Shown: one piece after another, positions 15,001 to 25,000 of the stretch
How the letters are laid out: each line of letters opens with the position of its first letter
How positions within the stretch are numbered: the first letter of the stretch is position 1
Assembly: GCA_035084275.1 (NCBI GenBank)
Contig: CM068752.1
Coordinates: 13,206,001-13,270,000, forward strand
DNA length: 64,000 nt
Reading direction: 5' to 3'
Source of the DNA: Hydrolagus colliei
Lineage: Eukaryota
Made by a program: the position numbers and the translations under genes
Notes under the pieces: generated by a model
The model's database searches: none
Told to the model about the DNA's origin: nothing
Seen by the model: the letters and a program-made list of their open reading frames with translations, nothing else

Positions 15001-18000
15001 TCCGAAAACAGCACAGGGTTGATCTAAACTTCATTCTTGGGTGAGCGTTGACTTTAGAAGCTTTGTTGCCTTTTATGAGCACCAAGTAACAAAGCTGATC
15101 CTAGCACAGCATCCCCACTCCACCCCCACACCAGCCAAATGGCTTGTGGGTTTCACTGACTAGCACTGTAGTGGAAAGCTTTACAACAGTGTATTTATTA
15201 AAAAAACGGAACCACCCTGTAGGCCTTATTAATTAATGATTCACGTTAACACCAGGGTAAGATAAACATTAATGAAAGGGTATTACATGCTTAGCATAAC
15301 TTCACTGGACCTGTTGCAGGATTGATGCATTAGGTTGGTTTCAAAATAAGTATTAAAATCAAGCGTTAATTCTTTTTAAAAAATATATTTTACTGTACTT
15401 CCTTTTAGCAGCTTGGAACAGTTCCAGTACAAGGTCAGATAGTTTTTAAAACATTATTTTTGAAAGGTCAGGAATCAGAAGCTGGCAAGGCACTCCATTA
15501 ATACAGTAATGCAATAATCCTTGCATTTAATATAGCGCCTTATCATGTCATTGAGCTGTCTCAAAGCGCTTCTCAGAATATACTGTAACATGTGGTGACT
15601 GTGTATTTTGTGGGCAAAAATGTCTGTGGAAGTATTGCATGACTTGGGAAAAGCTGGTACGTGGCTGAGGAAATGTTGCGCAGGTGGTGAAGTACAGATT
15701 TATAAACTTGCCAATCACGTGGTTAGTCTCTGGGAGGCAGATCACTTGATTCAACCTTGATCCATTCCTGTGCTTTTGAAAGGTGTCAATAGACTCGGAC
15801 ACCTGCAATCGGTTTGATAGTGAAAGATAATATCATTGAGAGAGTCCATGGAAGGCAAATATCATAAGGACAGTATCTTTTGTGGATTTACTCCAGTTTG
15901 ACAGAGGGGACAAAGCTATTCGCTCTCTGACAGGCAGAGAAGAATATAGTCCAACAGCGGCATCAACAACCACACACAACAAAACGACATTTATGAGACT
16001 CACAATTTCTCCAGAACTCGGGTCAAACAAAGTGGGGACTCTAACCCCACTGCAGATCCAGATGACGTTCACACAAGGCACAAAGCACAGGCTGCTGACT
16101 GTTCCTGGCAGATGGTGTAACTTCTGGATCAGCTGCCCGTCCTGCGACCAGACTTTTATGGCTCTGTCAAAGGAACCGGTCACCAGCCTGTTGAGTTCAG
16201 AGGAATTTGTTACAATAATTTAGGAATAGATAGCACACTACCCAGTGCCAGCCACTGGAGTTGTAGTTGTACTACAGGAATACACTTTTTAGCATGATGT
16301 TTTTCATTTGTTGATCAGTTCCTTTACTAGCGCATTGAAATGCTGCCCCGTGTGAAGGTTATACAAGTGTAAGTTGTTGGTGTCGTTCGCAGTTCTCTCT
16401 TGACTCTGTCACCCTCTCGTTTGGCCTTTGTCAGCGCACAAGAAGAACTTCAGTCGAAGTAAACATTGAATTGTAATATTGTCTTGTTATATCTCCAGCA
16501 ACTCCACACTTACAACCCTTAACACCAACGCCAAGGTACACTTACTCTTGCTCTATCCAGAAGTGACTGACCTGACCAGTTGTTGAGTTGTGGGTCACTC
16601 ACACTCACCGTGTGCTCTCGTGCTCCTGTACAAGCTGTAGACACGTGATGCCAGCCTCGTGCGCGCTGGCATTGCAGTAAACCACCTGAAGAGGTTTGTT
16701 ACTTGGGTTAGAACTGGTTTCATAAATGACCAGCTTCTTGTCGTACCTTTTCAATGGAGAACAGATATGATAATAATAATCCTTGCATTTGATATAGAGC
16801 TTTTCAAGTCTTCTAGATGTCTCAAAGTGCTTCACGGAATATACTATAAAGTGAATTGTCTGTAATATTTTGTGGGCAAAATGCGGCAGTCAATTCTACA
16901 CAGCAGCGTCCCACAAACAGTCATGGATTGAAGTGACCATTTTGTTTTGAGGGATTATTATTAGGCATGTGGAGTAAGGAAACTTGCCGAAGGTTTCACC
17001 CTGCCTGGAATTGAAATTGGTCTCTCTTTTGTAAGGTGAGTGCTTTAACCACTGCATTACAAGACTCCACTGTACTCCTTCCTTCAAGCCTCTATCCTTC
17101 ATTTACCTTCTTGCCTCTTTCAAGTCACGACTAAAGACTTGCTCTTAAACTGTGCATTCAGCCACCCTCCCACCCCCACTGATCTCCAACCCACCTGGCG
17201 CCAACTCCCAGCTTGAGTCCAAATACCCCTGACCGTCCAGCACCCTGGGAGTTCTTTGTAATGTGAAGGCCACTAACTCAATGTTGTTGTGTACCTTCAT
17301 ATTCCAAACACCAACTTAATGCCGAATGAAGTTCAACCTTGATGGAAAATGGTAACTAAACAGCAAATGCCAATTCCCAGTGTGTTGGCCAACAATCATT
17401 CAGATAATTATTCATTTACAATTCCAACTGTTTGTGGGACCTTTCTACGCACATTATGACTACTGGCTTTGGGGAAGACATTGGGAAAGAGAGTTCCAAA
17501 GCTTTGGGAGGCAGTGGTAATGATAACATGGTATTAGTTTAAAAAGCAGGGAATAACTCTTGGTTCCCCTTCTGATATTCCTCCCTTATCCAAATTCACC
17601 CCAGCAGAGAATCTCGTCATCATCTCTTTGCTGGCGTGGGATGTTGCTAATGGAGATCAATTGCTATTCATATCAACATTACACCAGTCACTACATTTTG
17701 AAATAATACTGCATGAGATATGTTGATTTGATAAAGTGCAATATCAAAAGTTTTTCTTGTATTATTATGAGTATTCTACTATTCTCCTGACAATTATCCT
17801 GACTATTATCCACACTATCCTTTAACTCCTCTACACAGGTTTTACACTTTTATAGTGCATTAGTTCTACAAATTGGGTCATCTAATCTGTGATCTATTCA
17901 ATTCCTCATGAGGATCCCAACATTGTTTTTGGTCAGTTAATGTACTTTTACCAGCTGGGTGCCTGACACGGGCAGAAACTCATCACCATGTCTAAGAGTA

Positions 18001-20366
18001 TGCTAAACTGTGTAGATTTCTATTGAAAGTATTGTCTGGCAGCCAAATCCCCAGCCCCAGCTCTGCCCCTCCAAGTTCTGCTGATGAAGTCAAATTAGTT
18101 TCCTGTGAACAGACAGTGACTGGGTCCCCCTATGACTCCAGTTTGTTCAGACCCAACATGTTAGCTTGTAATCTTTGACCACATCAAAGATTATTTGTTA
18201 GTAACACTTTGACGCATCAACAGTTTTATTTAGTGCAGGACATACCCAACGGAGTACACGCGTGTGTCCAGGCAGACCACACATGACACAACATCACTAT
18301 GCCTGTGATCAGAGAAACTTCTCTGTATGTCAATCACGTGGCCAGATTCCTTCTTCTCGTCCAAAGGAAAGACTCTCAGGCGCTTCTTGAAACCACAGAT
18401 GATTTGGTGGCGTCGGTGGCAGATTGCCATACAAAATACAGCAGCATTCAACTGGGAACACAGGAAGGACTTAATCAAATCAAAATTCACTAAAACCAAG
18501 GGAAGCTTTTAAATCTGTTATCACTTACAGCGATATAATCAGTTGCTGCATGCCCAACACAAATTCCTCTCTGTCACTCTATCACAGCTAATAATAATAA
18601 TCTTTGCATTTGATATAGCATCTTTTCACGTCTTCTAGATGTCTCAAAGCGCTTCACGGAATATGCTATAAAATGAATTGTCTGTATATTTTGTTGGCGA
18701 AACGCAGCAGCCAATTATGCACCGCAGTGTTCCACAAACAGTCATGGATTGAAATGACCAATTTATTATTGTTTTTTTGAGGGATTATTATTAGGCATGT
18801 GGAGAAAGCAAACCTGCCAAAGGTTTTGTCCTGTCGAGAATCGAACCCAAGTTTCTCGCTTGCAAGACAAGTGTTCTAATCACTGAGCTGCAGGAATCCA
18901 CCTGTAGCTATTTATTCACGTAAATACACTTTCATACCATTCTGCACAGCATTTGGGGTGTAGTCCTTGCAGTTCAATTAAAAGGAAAATGTCTGAGTGA
19001 AGTGAGTGAAAGGTCTTACCACAATCCTGTCAAACACAGTGGCAGCTACGTTCCATATCACTATTGTGCCATCGTTGGATGCTGAGAAGAGAAGCTTGGG
19101 TTCAGCCCAATACAAGAACTGTGTGATTATGCCACTGTGCACCTGGCACACAAACGTCATTTTTCCAGTCTCTAAATCCCACCATTTAATAACACCGTCT
19201 GAAACAGGAGAAAAACAGAACTCAGAAATGTACCGATGTGGAAAAGATTTGGCTGGTCCCAAAGTGATGAAAACATGTTATTTCCTCAATTCCCTTAATA
19301 CATTTATGTGTCAAATAACTAACTTTTTTGAACTTCACATCCAAACACCCACTGTACTGTGTGTAAAATAATTCAGCATTCCTTCTTTGCTTGATTTTGA
19401 TATGTTTAATTGTTTACACCTACAGTGTATATTGTCAAAATATCTACACTTACTTAGATGTAAATCTCCATTACAACTGACCTTGGCAACAACAATAACA
19501 ACAAAATTATATTTGTACAGCGCCTTTCACATCACGAGGAAGTTTCAAGGCAGTGATCTGATAACCCGGAGTTTGACCTTTTTTAAACATGAGAAGATAC
19601 GAGTAAGCAAATTTGGTTTATAATGTACATTGGAGTGAGGGGAATGGGTGGGTGGGAATCTTTATCTTTCTGTCTTGTGAACATTTCAACTTAATTAACC
19701 TCTGTGTTTCTGGGTCAGTGCGCTCTGATCTAATCTTCCCAGCTCTGACTGTAAGGATTATGTTCCCATATTTCGGAAAACTCTCTTAGCAGATAGAATC
19801 GACCTCCTTGTAGTTTGCCAACTCCCTTTCTTAGTTTAGAAATCTTAATTGGATCACCCCAAAACTCTTGGAATTATAAATAGAACCCAAGTTTACCCAG
19901 CCTCTAGCTGTCAAAACTATAAATCAATGATTTGAAACACCGAAGTTCATTTAATCATAGAATCATTGAATATTACAGCACCGAAGAAGGCCATTCAGCC
20001 AATCGTGCCAGCTGTTTAGAAGAGCAATCAAATCAGTCCATCTCCCTCACTCTTTCCCCATATCCCTGCAAATGTTTATTTTTCAACTACCTATCCAATT
20101 CCTTTTTGAAGTTGTTATTGAATCTTTTCCCATCACCCTTTCAAACAGTGCAGTCCAGATTGTAACAACTCTCTGTAAAATAAAATGTCTCCTCATCTCC
20201 CCTCTGGTTCTTCTGTCAATTATCTTGAATAACTGGTTAGTGGTGGTTTCTCAGATTTCTTACCTTCAAAACCTGTTAGGAACTCTCTGCGAGCTGTGTG
20301 GTAACCCAAGGCACTCACTGACCGGCTGTGGCAGTCTGCGATTGTCAGGTGTTGCTGCATAGACAT
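1..20366 (-). CDS. Uncharacterised multi-exon WD40-repeat (beta-propeller) protein gene, 3' end beyond left window edge; coding exons 20366-20264, 19198-19020, 18451-18246, 16746-16609, 16187-16004, 15802-15712, 13567-13466, 6773-6683, 3826-3635, 2916-2775, 1831-1735, 90-<1
   Basis: All 12 exons have AG acceptors and GT donors (one GC) with matching phases. They join into a stop-free frame of about 538 codons: [118 protein letters not shown]. An in-frame TGA lies 4 codons upstream of the ATG. Confidence 0.88.
478..1622 (+). mobile_element. Internally deleted Tigger/pogo-like (Tc1-mariner superfamily) DNA transposon
   Basis: 23-bp TIRs (CAGGTAAGCCTCTATTTAGGATG / CGTCCTAAATAGAGGTTTACCTG, 2 mismatches) and TA on both sides. 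Decayed CENP-B/psq HTH ([15 protein letters not shown]; [12 protein letters not shown]; [19 protein letters not shown]) at about 883-1355; no DDE domain. Confidence 0.9.
1735..1831 (-). CDS. WD40 gene coding exon 11 (RFEVLLDQ...DSATNRVS)
   Basis: ttttccag acceptor, CAG|gtaaag donor, phase 0/1. Confidence 0.82.
2775..2916 (-). CDS. WD40 gene coding exon 10 ([26 protein letters not shown]...QQDRIR)
   Basis: cgcag acceptor, CGG|gtgaga donor, A.EDG.I.LW motif. Confidence 0.88.
3635..3826 (-). CDS. WD40 gene coding exon 9, basic linker ([11 protein letters not shown]...RTRRPCFTR)
   Basis: ctcctcag acceptor, AG|gtaggc donor, phase 2/2, 63 open codons. Confidence 0.8.
4213..4250 (+). repeat. (GGT)n plus poly-G microsatellite
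   Basis: gggtggtggtggt followed by a run of about 20 G. Confidence 0.9.
4409..4723 (+). mobile_element. Full-length tRNA-derived Deu-domain SINE
   Basis: A-box-like tagctcactgg, Deu-like gggacactgctatgcacaattggctgc, L2-type tail with (ATT)n. Confidence 0.85.
6683..6773 (-). CDS. WD40 gene coding exon 8 ([31 protein letters not shown])
   Basis: pyrimidine tract plus gaag acceptor, AG|gtcagt donor, SG.GDG.I.KW motif. Confidence 0.88.
7690..8100 (+). repeat. Purine-rich (G/A) low-complexity tract
   Basis: Largely G/A with many G3-G7 runs; generates spurious ORFs. Confidence 0.85.
9495..10922 (+). mobile_element. Decayed L2 LINE (RT plus 3' tail)
   Basis: [31 protein letters not shown] with frameshifts; ends in a stem-loop and (TTG)n. 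Confidence 0.88.
11440..13225 (+). mobile_element. Young 5'-truncated CR1 LINE with intact reverse-transcriptase ORF, antisense within a WD40 intron
   Basis: ORF 11470-13167 with [23 protein letters not shown] and FADD motifs, the CR1 C-terminus (TRGHRFK..FFTQRVV..WN.LP), and a 3' UTR ending gatgggccgaatggcctcc. Confidence 0.95.
11470..13167 (+). CDS. CR1 ORF2 fragment (reverse transcriptase, 565 aa; endonuclease missing)
   Basis: Uninterrupted frame with all RT motifs; non-ATG start at the truncation point. Confidence 0.85.
   Translation: MGSIRDLGGNLIVEAEGMADVLNEYFASVFTKEKDTANPMVLEETVGEMDRIIITREEVLKRLTSLKVDKSPDPDGMHPRLLREAREQIAGTLATIFQSSLDTGVVPEDWRIANVTPLYKKGQKDKPGNYRPVSLTSVVGKLLESIIGDKVDLHLERYRLIKDSQHGFVKGKSCLTNLIEFFDEVTEWVDNGSAVDVIYMDFQKAFDKVPHERLIRKLKAHGVKGTVAAWIHNWLRDRKQRVVVSGCFSDWREVSSGVPQGSVLGPLLFVIYINDLDLGVRSTVSKFADDTKLGRIVNSEENSSHLQEDIDKLVKWADTWQMKFNAEKCEVMHFGRRNEGRQYRLDSTILNGVKEQRDLGICVSDSLKVAGQVDKAVKKAYGILGFINSGIEYKSQEVLTNLYKTLVRPQLEYCVQFWSPHYRKDVKTLERVQRRFTRMVPGLRDFSYEERLDRLGLFSLEQRRLRGDLIEVYKIMRGFDRANREKLFPLMGESVTRGHRFKIVSRRSRGELRRIFFTQRVVRIWNALPEKVVEADSITTFKRELDLYLGRTDLLGYGERAGQWD
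13466..13567 (-). CDS. WD40 gene coding exon 7 ([34 protein letters not shown])
   Basis: tgtag acceptor, A|gtgagt donor, open frame. Confidence 0.85.
15712..15802 (-). CDS. WD40 gene coding exon 6 ([30 protein letters not shown]), GC donor
   Basis: tgcag acceptor in phase 0; G|gcaagt donor gives phase 1, matching the next exon (G+GA = Gly). Confidence 0.75.
16004..16187 (-). CDS. WD40 gene coding exon 5 ([17 protein letters not shown]...FDPSSGEI)
   Basis: cag acceptor, ATT|gtgagt donor, classic TGS.D..IKVW WD40 motif. Confidence 0.92.
16609..16746 (-). CDS. WD40 gene coding exon 4 (YDKKLVIYE...[19 protein letters not shown])
   Basis: aag acceptor, CG|gtgagt donor, WD-type AH..GITCL motif. 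Confidence 0.88.
16768..17070 (-). mobile_element. Full-length tRNA-derived Deu-domain SINE
   Basis: Same head, Deu domain and tail, in reverse orientation. Confidence 0.85.
18246..18451 (-). CDS. WD40 gene coding exon 3 ([11 protein letters not shown]...[19 protein letters not shown])
   Basis: ttcccag acceptor, GG|gtatgt donor, phases 0 and 2 fit the neighbouring exons. Confidence 0.9.
18589..18901 (-). mobile_element. Full-length tRNA-derived Deu-domain SINE
   Basis: A and B boxes (gggttcgattc), Deu domain, (ATT)n tail. Confidence 0.88.
19020..19198 (-). CDS. WD40 gene coding exon 2 ([12 protein letters not shown]...[22 protein letters not shown])
   Basis: tttcag acceptor, GTG|gtaaga donor, two WD motifs. 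Confidence 0.92.
20264..20366 (-). CDS. WD40 gene coding exon 1 (exon acceptor at 20426; [34 protein letters not shown])
   Basis: tttacag acceptor, ATG at 20366, GAAG|gtaaga donor; phase 1 joins AC to give Asp of [11 protein letters not shown]. Confidence 0.85.
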
Positions 20367-20519
20367 TTCACTCGATCACTGCCTGTGTCCTGCACCAGTA
20401 TCTTAACCTCAAACTTTTTGAATCCTCTGTAAACCCGATAAGAATCACCCAGACAATGGAAGCATAGCTCTTGAATTTCTCCAGTGCCTCTATTTCATCT
20501 AGAAACCCAACTTTTGGAT

Positions 20520-20855
20520 ATAATAATAATCATTTTGATATAACCTCTTTCACATTGTCTAGACATCTCAAAGCACCTCACAGAGTATAATTTAAAGTGA
20601 TTGACTGTACATTTTGTAGTCAAACGCGGCAGCCAAATGTGCACAGAGATGTCCCACGACCAAATTATTTCAGTTAATTGAGGGATTATTACCTCTTGTT
20701 AACCAATCAACTAATCGACCAACAAGTGGGTTCCTACTTACTTCTAGGTAAACAGAGGCGTGTGACGTAAGAAAACATGCCTAACATTTCACCCTGCTGG
20801 GCATTGAACCTGGGTTCCTCTGGCTTGCGAGGCGAGAACTCTAAGCTAAAGGACT
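20520..20855 (-). mobile_element. Long-form SINE (tRNA head, extended CORE-like segment, Deu domain, tail)
   Basis: Extra segment gcctctgtttacctagaagtaagtaggaacc...; related copies at 29531-29706, 30098-30398 and 33636-33938. Confidence 0.75.
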
Positions 20856-21750
20856 TCTTATAGAATACAAAAGAGAGTCTGGAAAATGTTGTACGGCAGT
20901 GTTGTATTTCAGTGCAGAAGTTAAGCTTGGCAGTTACCAGGATTGTTCAACAACATCCTGATCTGTAGGCATGGAAACATGACGCTAAATCAACCAAAGA
21001 ACCAACCCGAGACTCACTCAGGGTCTTAGTGCCTTTCCTGTTTCTTAAGAACAACTGATGTAAAGAAATAACAAGGGCCTACCCACCTTTGAGGTATATT
21101 AAATGCTTTGAAAGAACACTGTGTTCCTTAAGGTCGGGAGTCTGTAACCAGGGATAAACAAGCATTAATATAAGGATATAAAAGAGAATTTAGAAGGAAC
21201 TGGTTCACCCCGAGGGTAGTGAGTTTGTGGAACTCATTGCCTGAAATGACAGTGATGGATTAACAATGATACCAATAGCGCCATTCTGCCAGGCCCACAC
21301 TCAGAATGATCCCTCAAAATATACAGTGAATTCACATTGTAGTGTATTCTGTAAAGCGCTTTGAGCTGTCCCAAGGACATGATAAGGAGCTATATCAAAT
21401 GCAAGGATTATTACTATTATTCAATGGTGCATTGGAATATACTGTACAAGAAATCAGGGCATTTTCTGAGAGCCCTCATGTTTGGTTACCGAGCACCTCC
21501 CACAAAATCGCACCCCTATTTGAGCCAGTCTGCCACTGGGCCCATTGCTTATAATTAGATACCTGAATAGTGTGGTTGAATCAAATAGTGTAGAGTAAGC
21601 TAGACCTTCACATGAGGGAGAGGGAAGAGAAGGTTATATGAGGGAGGAAGGAATGGGTGAAGACCAGTGTGGAGTATAAACACGGGCATAGACTGGTTGG
21701 GCTGAGTGACCTGTTTCTGAACTGTACAATCTTTGTAAACCTATGTAGTT

Positions 21751-22052
21751 GTCCTGTAGCTCAGTGGTTAGAGCACTCACCTTTCAAGCGAGCGACCTGT
21801 ATTTGATTCCCGGCAAAAACCTTGAGCAGGTTTTGTTACTCCACACACCTGATAATCCCTTAAGAAAAACCCCCAATAATAAATTGGTCATTTCAATCCA
21901 CAACTGTTTGTGGGACACTGATGTGTGCAATCGGCTGCCTGGTTTCTCCCACAAATATATAGTCAATTCACAGTATTTTCTGTGAAGTGCTTTGAGACGT
22001 CTAGAAGACGCGAAAAGCGCTATACCAAATACAAGGATTATTATTATTATTA
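21751..22052 (+). mobile_element. Full-length tRNA-derived Deu-domain SINE
   Basis: gtcctgtagctcagtggttagagc head; tail caaggattattattatt. Confidence 0.88.
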
Positions 22053-25000
22053 TATTTATACTTGTGTGTCCTAAACGTCATGTCTCTGAACCTGTGTCTG
22101 CCACCAGGAGGGAAGAAAAACACTTTTCCAGTGTTTGTCCACGTGCAGTGAGATTTATTATTGGAGGTTGTTTGCTCGGGCTGCTCTCACCGTGTACAGA
22201 TCCTCTGATAACGTCACTGCACTGTTTGCCCTGTGCTGCAAAACACATCACAACTAATACATCTGTATTTGTAGGCTGCAGGACTTTCCAACCATGCTGG
22301 GTGATCATTGCGTCCAAGTGAAGCATTTTTATCAATCAACGGAGAAAATTACAAAGGTAAGACCAGCATTAATTATCCTCTCTGGGTTTTACAGAAGCCA
22401 AAAAGGTTTCATTGCAGCATGGTTAGCAGTAGTATTTTAAACAAATATGCAGTATCTAGCTTTGAGGAATCAAAGGTCCATCCGACCAACATTTATCTGG
22501 CTGAAGTGAATTGCTCTTTTTCATTTGCTAGAACAACCTTCAAGAAAAAAGCCCATAATAAATTTGTCATTTCAATCGACAACTGTTTGTGGGACACTGC
22601 TGTGTGCAATTGGCTGCTGTGTTTCGCTCACAAATATACAGTCAATTCACATTACATTCCGTGAAGCGCTTTGAGACGTCGAGAAGATGCGAAAAGCGCT
22701 ATACCAAAGACAAGGATTATTATTATGGTGGTGGCTGGCATTTTGTTTTTTTTCTTCAACAAAAAATGGTCAACTCGCATTTTGTGAAGCATTAATGATG
22801 GAGGTAAGCGGCCTCAATAGATATAAGCCGCTGGTTTTGGAGGATTGTGGAATAGACCTCATGGCAGGTGTAATGACCATTATTTGCTTCCACAAAAAGT
22901 AGAACAAGTTTCTGCTTTAGAGGGCTGTCATTCCTCTCTCCCGGCTCGGAGTCGTCCACCACTGTCAAGCGCTCTGGGACGCTGCCCCGCGTGAGATGCA
23001 CTATACAAATGCAAGTTGTTGTTGTTGAATGGGATTTGGCAAGGTAAAGATCGTGATGGAAAATTGCTCTTTGGGGCACAATGAGTTCCAACTTCCATTC
23101 ATCACTAGCACAATCGTTTAGTTTTTAACAATGGGATTTCCATTATAGCAAGCAGTTAACTATTTTAAGCAATTAGTTTTCAGAAACACTCAATTGTTCC
23201 GTGGTGTTGGTGGTTAAATATAGGGAAGGAAATGATAAGATGAAGTTAGATCAAGTAAGTGATCTAGCAATATCAGTGATTTCAGATATACAGTACATAG
23301 ATATGAACATTGCAGTAATTTCCGATTTGTGAGCAATGCAATCAGTAAATCTAAATCACAAAACATTACTGTACTTTTTTCCAATAAATAATGTTTCTGC
23401 TTTTCTATTCAAATTGTCATACTGAATTCTCATTCATTTCCCAACATTGTGTTTTTCATAATAAAAACCAAAGCTTCAAGAATATAAAATGACCACAGAA
23501 CTGGGACTAAATGCACGTTGTTTTAATGCTTATGTTTCGTTTTGTAATTCAGTGGTGTGGAATCCTGTAGATCAGTGGTTAAAGCACTCACTTCATAAGT
23601 GAGAGACCTGGATTCAATTCCCAGCAGGGTGAAACCTTGGGAAAGTTACTTTACTATGCCTGATAATAATCCCAAAATAATTTTGCAGGGTGCAGGGTTG
23701 GGATGAGGGAGGGTGGAGAGGTAGGGGAGTGGGACATATTATTATAATAATATGTCTCAAACTGTTTCACATTCTTGCTGATAAGTGTGACTGTGTATTT
23801 GGAGTAAATTAATAATTATGATACATAAACTCAGGTTTGTTGATAGAAGAGATTGCTAGGGTTGAACAGAGTTTTACCCATTACCCTTCAAGAGAAAGCG
23901 ACTTTACTCTTCCATTCCTTACACCACGACATCTTCAGCAATTGAGTGGGCCTCTCTGACCGGGCAAGCCAAGTGACTAAGAACTGAAGGCAATTCTGTA
24001 TTCCTGTTTCTCCGCTCTTCTTTGATCTTCTTGCAGATCAAACTCCTCATATCTGGACCCTGTCCCATCCTGATCACAACTAACAGAGGGCCAAAGGCAA
24101 AACATTCCTGTCAGCCTCCAAATCCCTATCGTGTGGAAGTTCAGGTTATCTAATTCCTACAGAATCTGGACTTCAAAGACTTTGTCAGGTGTAACAGTCT
24201 AACGAGTAACTGAAAAGGCACTTGGCCTCAGCCAAAAAGTCAAGAAGTGAAGAGTGAAAAAGGGGAAGTTGGGAGAGGCTGCCTGTTTATATACATTGTC
24301 CTTTGATATTAAAGGTATGGAATGTGACAAGGAGATTTAGGGGACTGGGAAAGATCACGTAAGTTACTGATTGGCTGCTATAGGGTAGAAAACTATCCAC
24401 CACCTGGTCAAAGTGACCAGTCTTGTGGAAGGGCAAAGTCAGACAACAACAACAAAGTTTACCTTGTATAGTGCCTTTCACGTCAGGAGGATGTCCCAGG
24501 GTGCTGAAGGTTATAGGCGCAAGTCCCATATTGGGACTTTAAACTCAAGACTGAAATACCAGTGCTGCATTGTTGTCCTGCCGACGAGATATTCACCAAG
24601 GTATCGATTGCCAGTTCAGATGGATGCTAAAGACCGTGACACTGCTTGAAAAGGGAAAAGTCTCTCCAGAGGTGTTGGCCAACATTCCTCTAGATAAAGG
24701 TGACTCAGATTAATACTCCCTACTATGTCACCACCTTCATGGTCTGCGTGCGCAGGAAGTGTCACGGACATTACTTTCTTTGTGAAGTGTCATCCTCGGT
24801 GATGTTCACACAAAGCCAGGGAGCCATGTTTAAAGGTTCCTTGTTGGGGTCGGCCCACAGTGGGGCCTACAGTCCTGTACACAGCAGTGAGGGTACTGTA
24901 ACAGAGCTCCTCTCCTGTAATGACAAACAATGGAAAATCTTAATGCTTCCTAATTTGTTTTGCCTTATGCATTAGCCAGTTTTAAACAAACACAACTAGT

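Noticed and set aside
14762-15085. 107-aa minus-strand ORF as a WD40 exon
   Set aside because: His/Thr-rich from GT low complexity, with no WD motifs; not needed for frame continuity.
21751-21815. tRNA genes (tRNA-Ala-like heads here and at 4409, 23557, 39011, 50189 and others)
   Set aside because: They are SINE heads that run into SINE body sequence, with degenerate anticodon arms and no closing acceptor stem.
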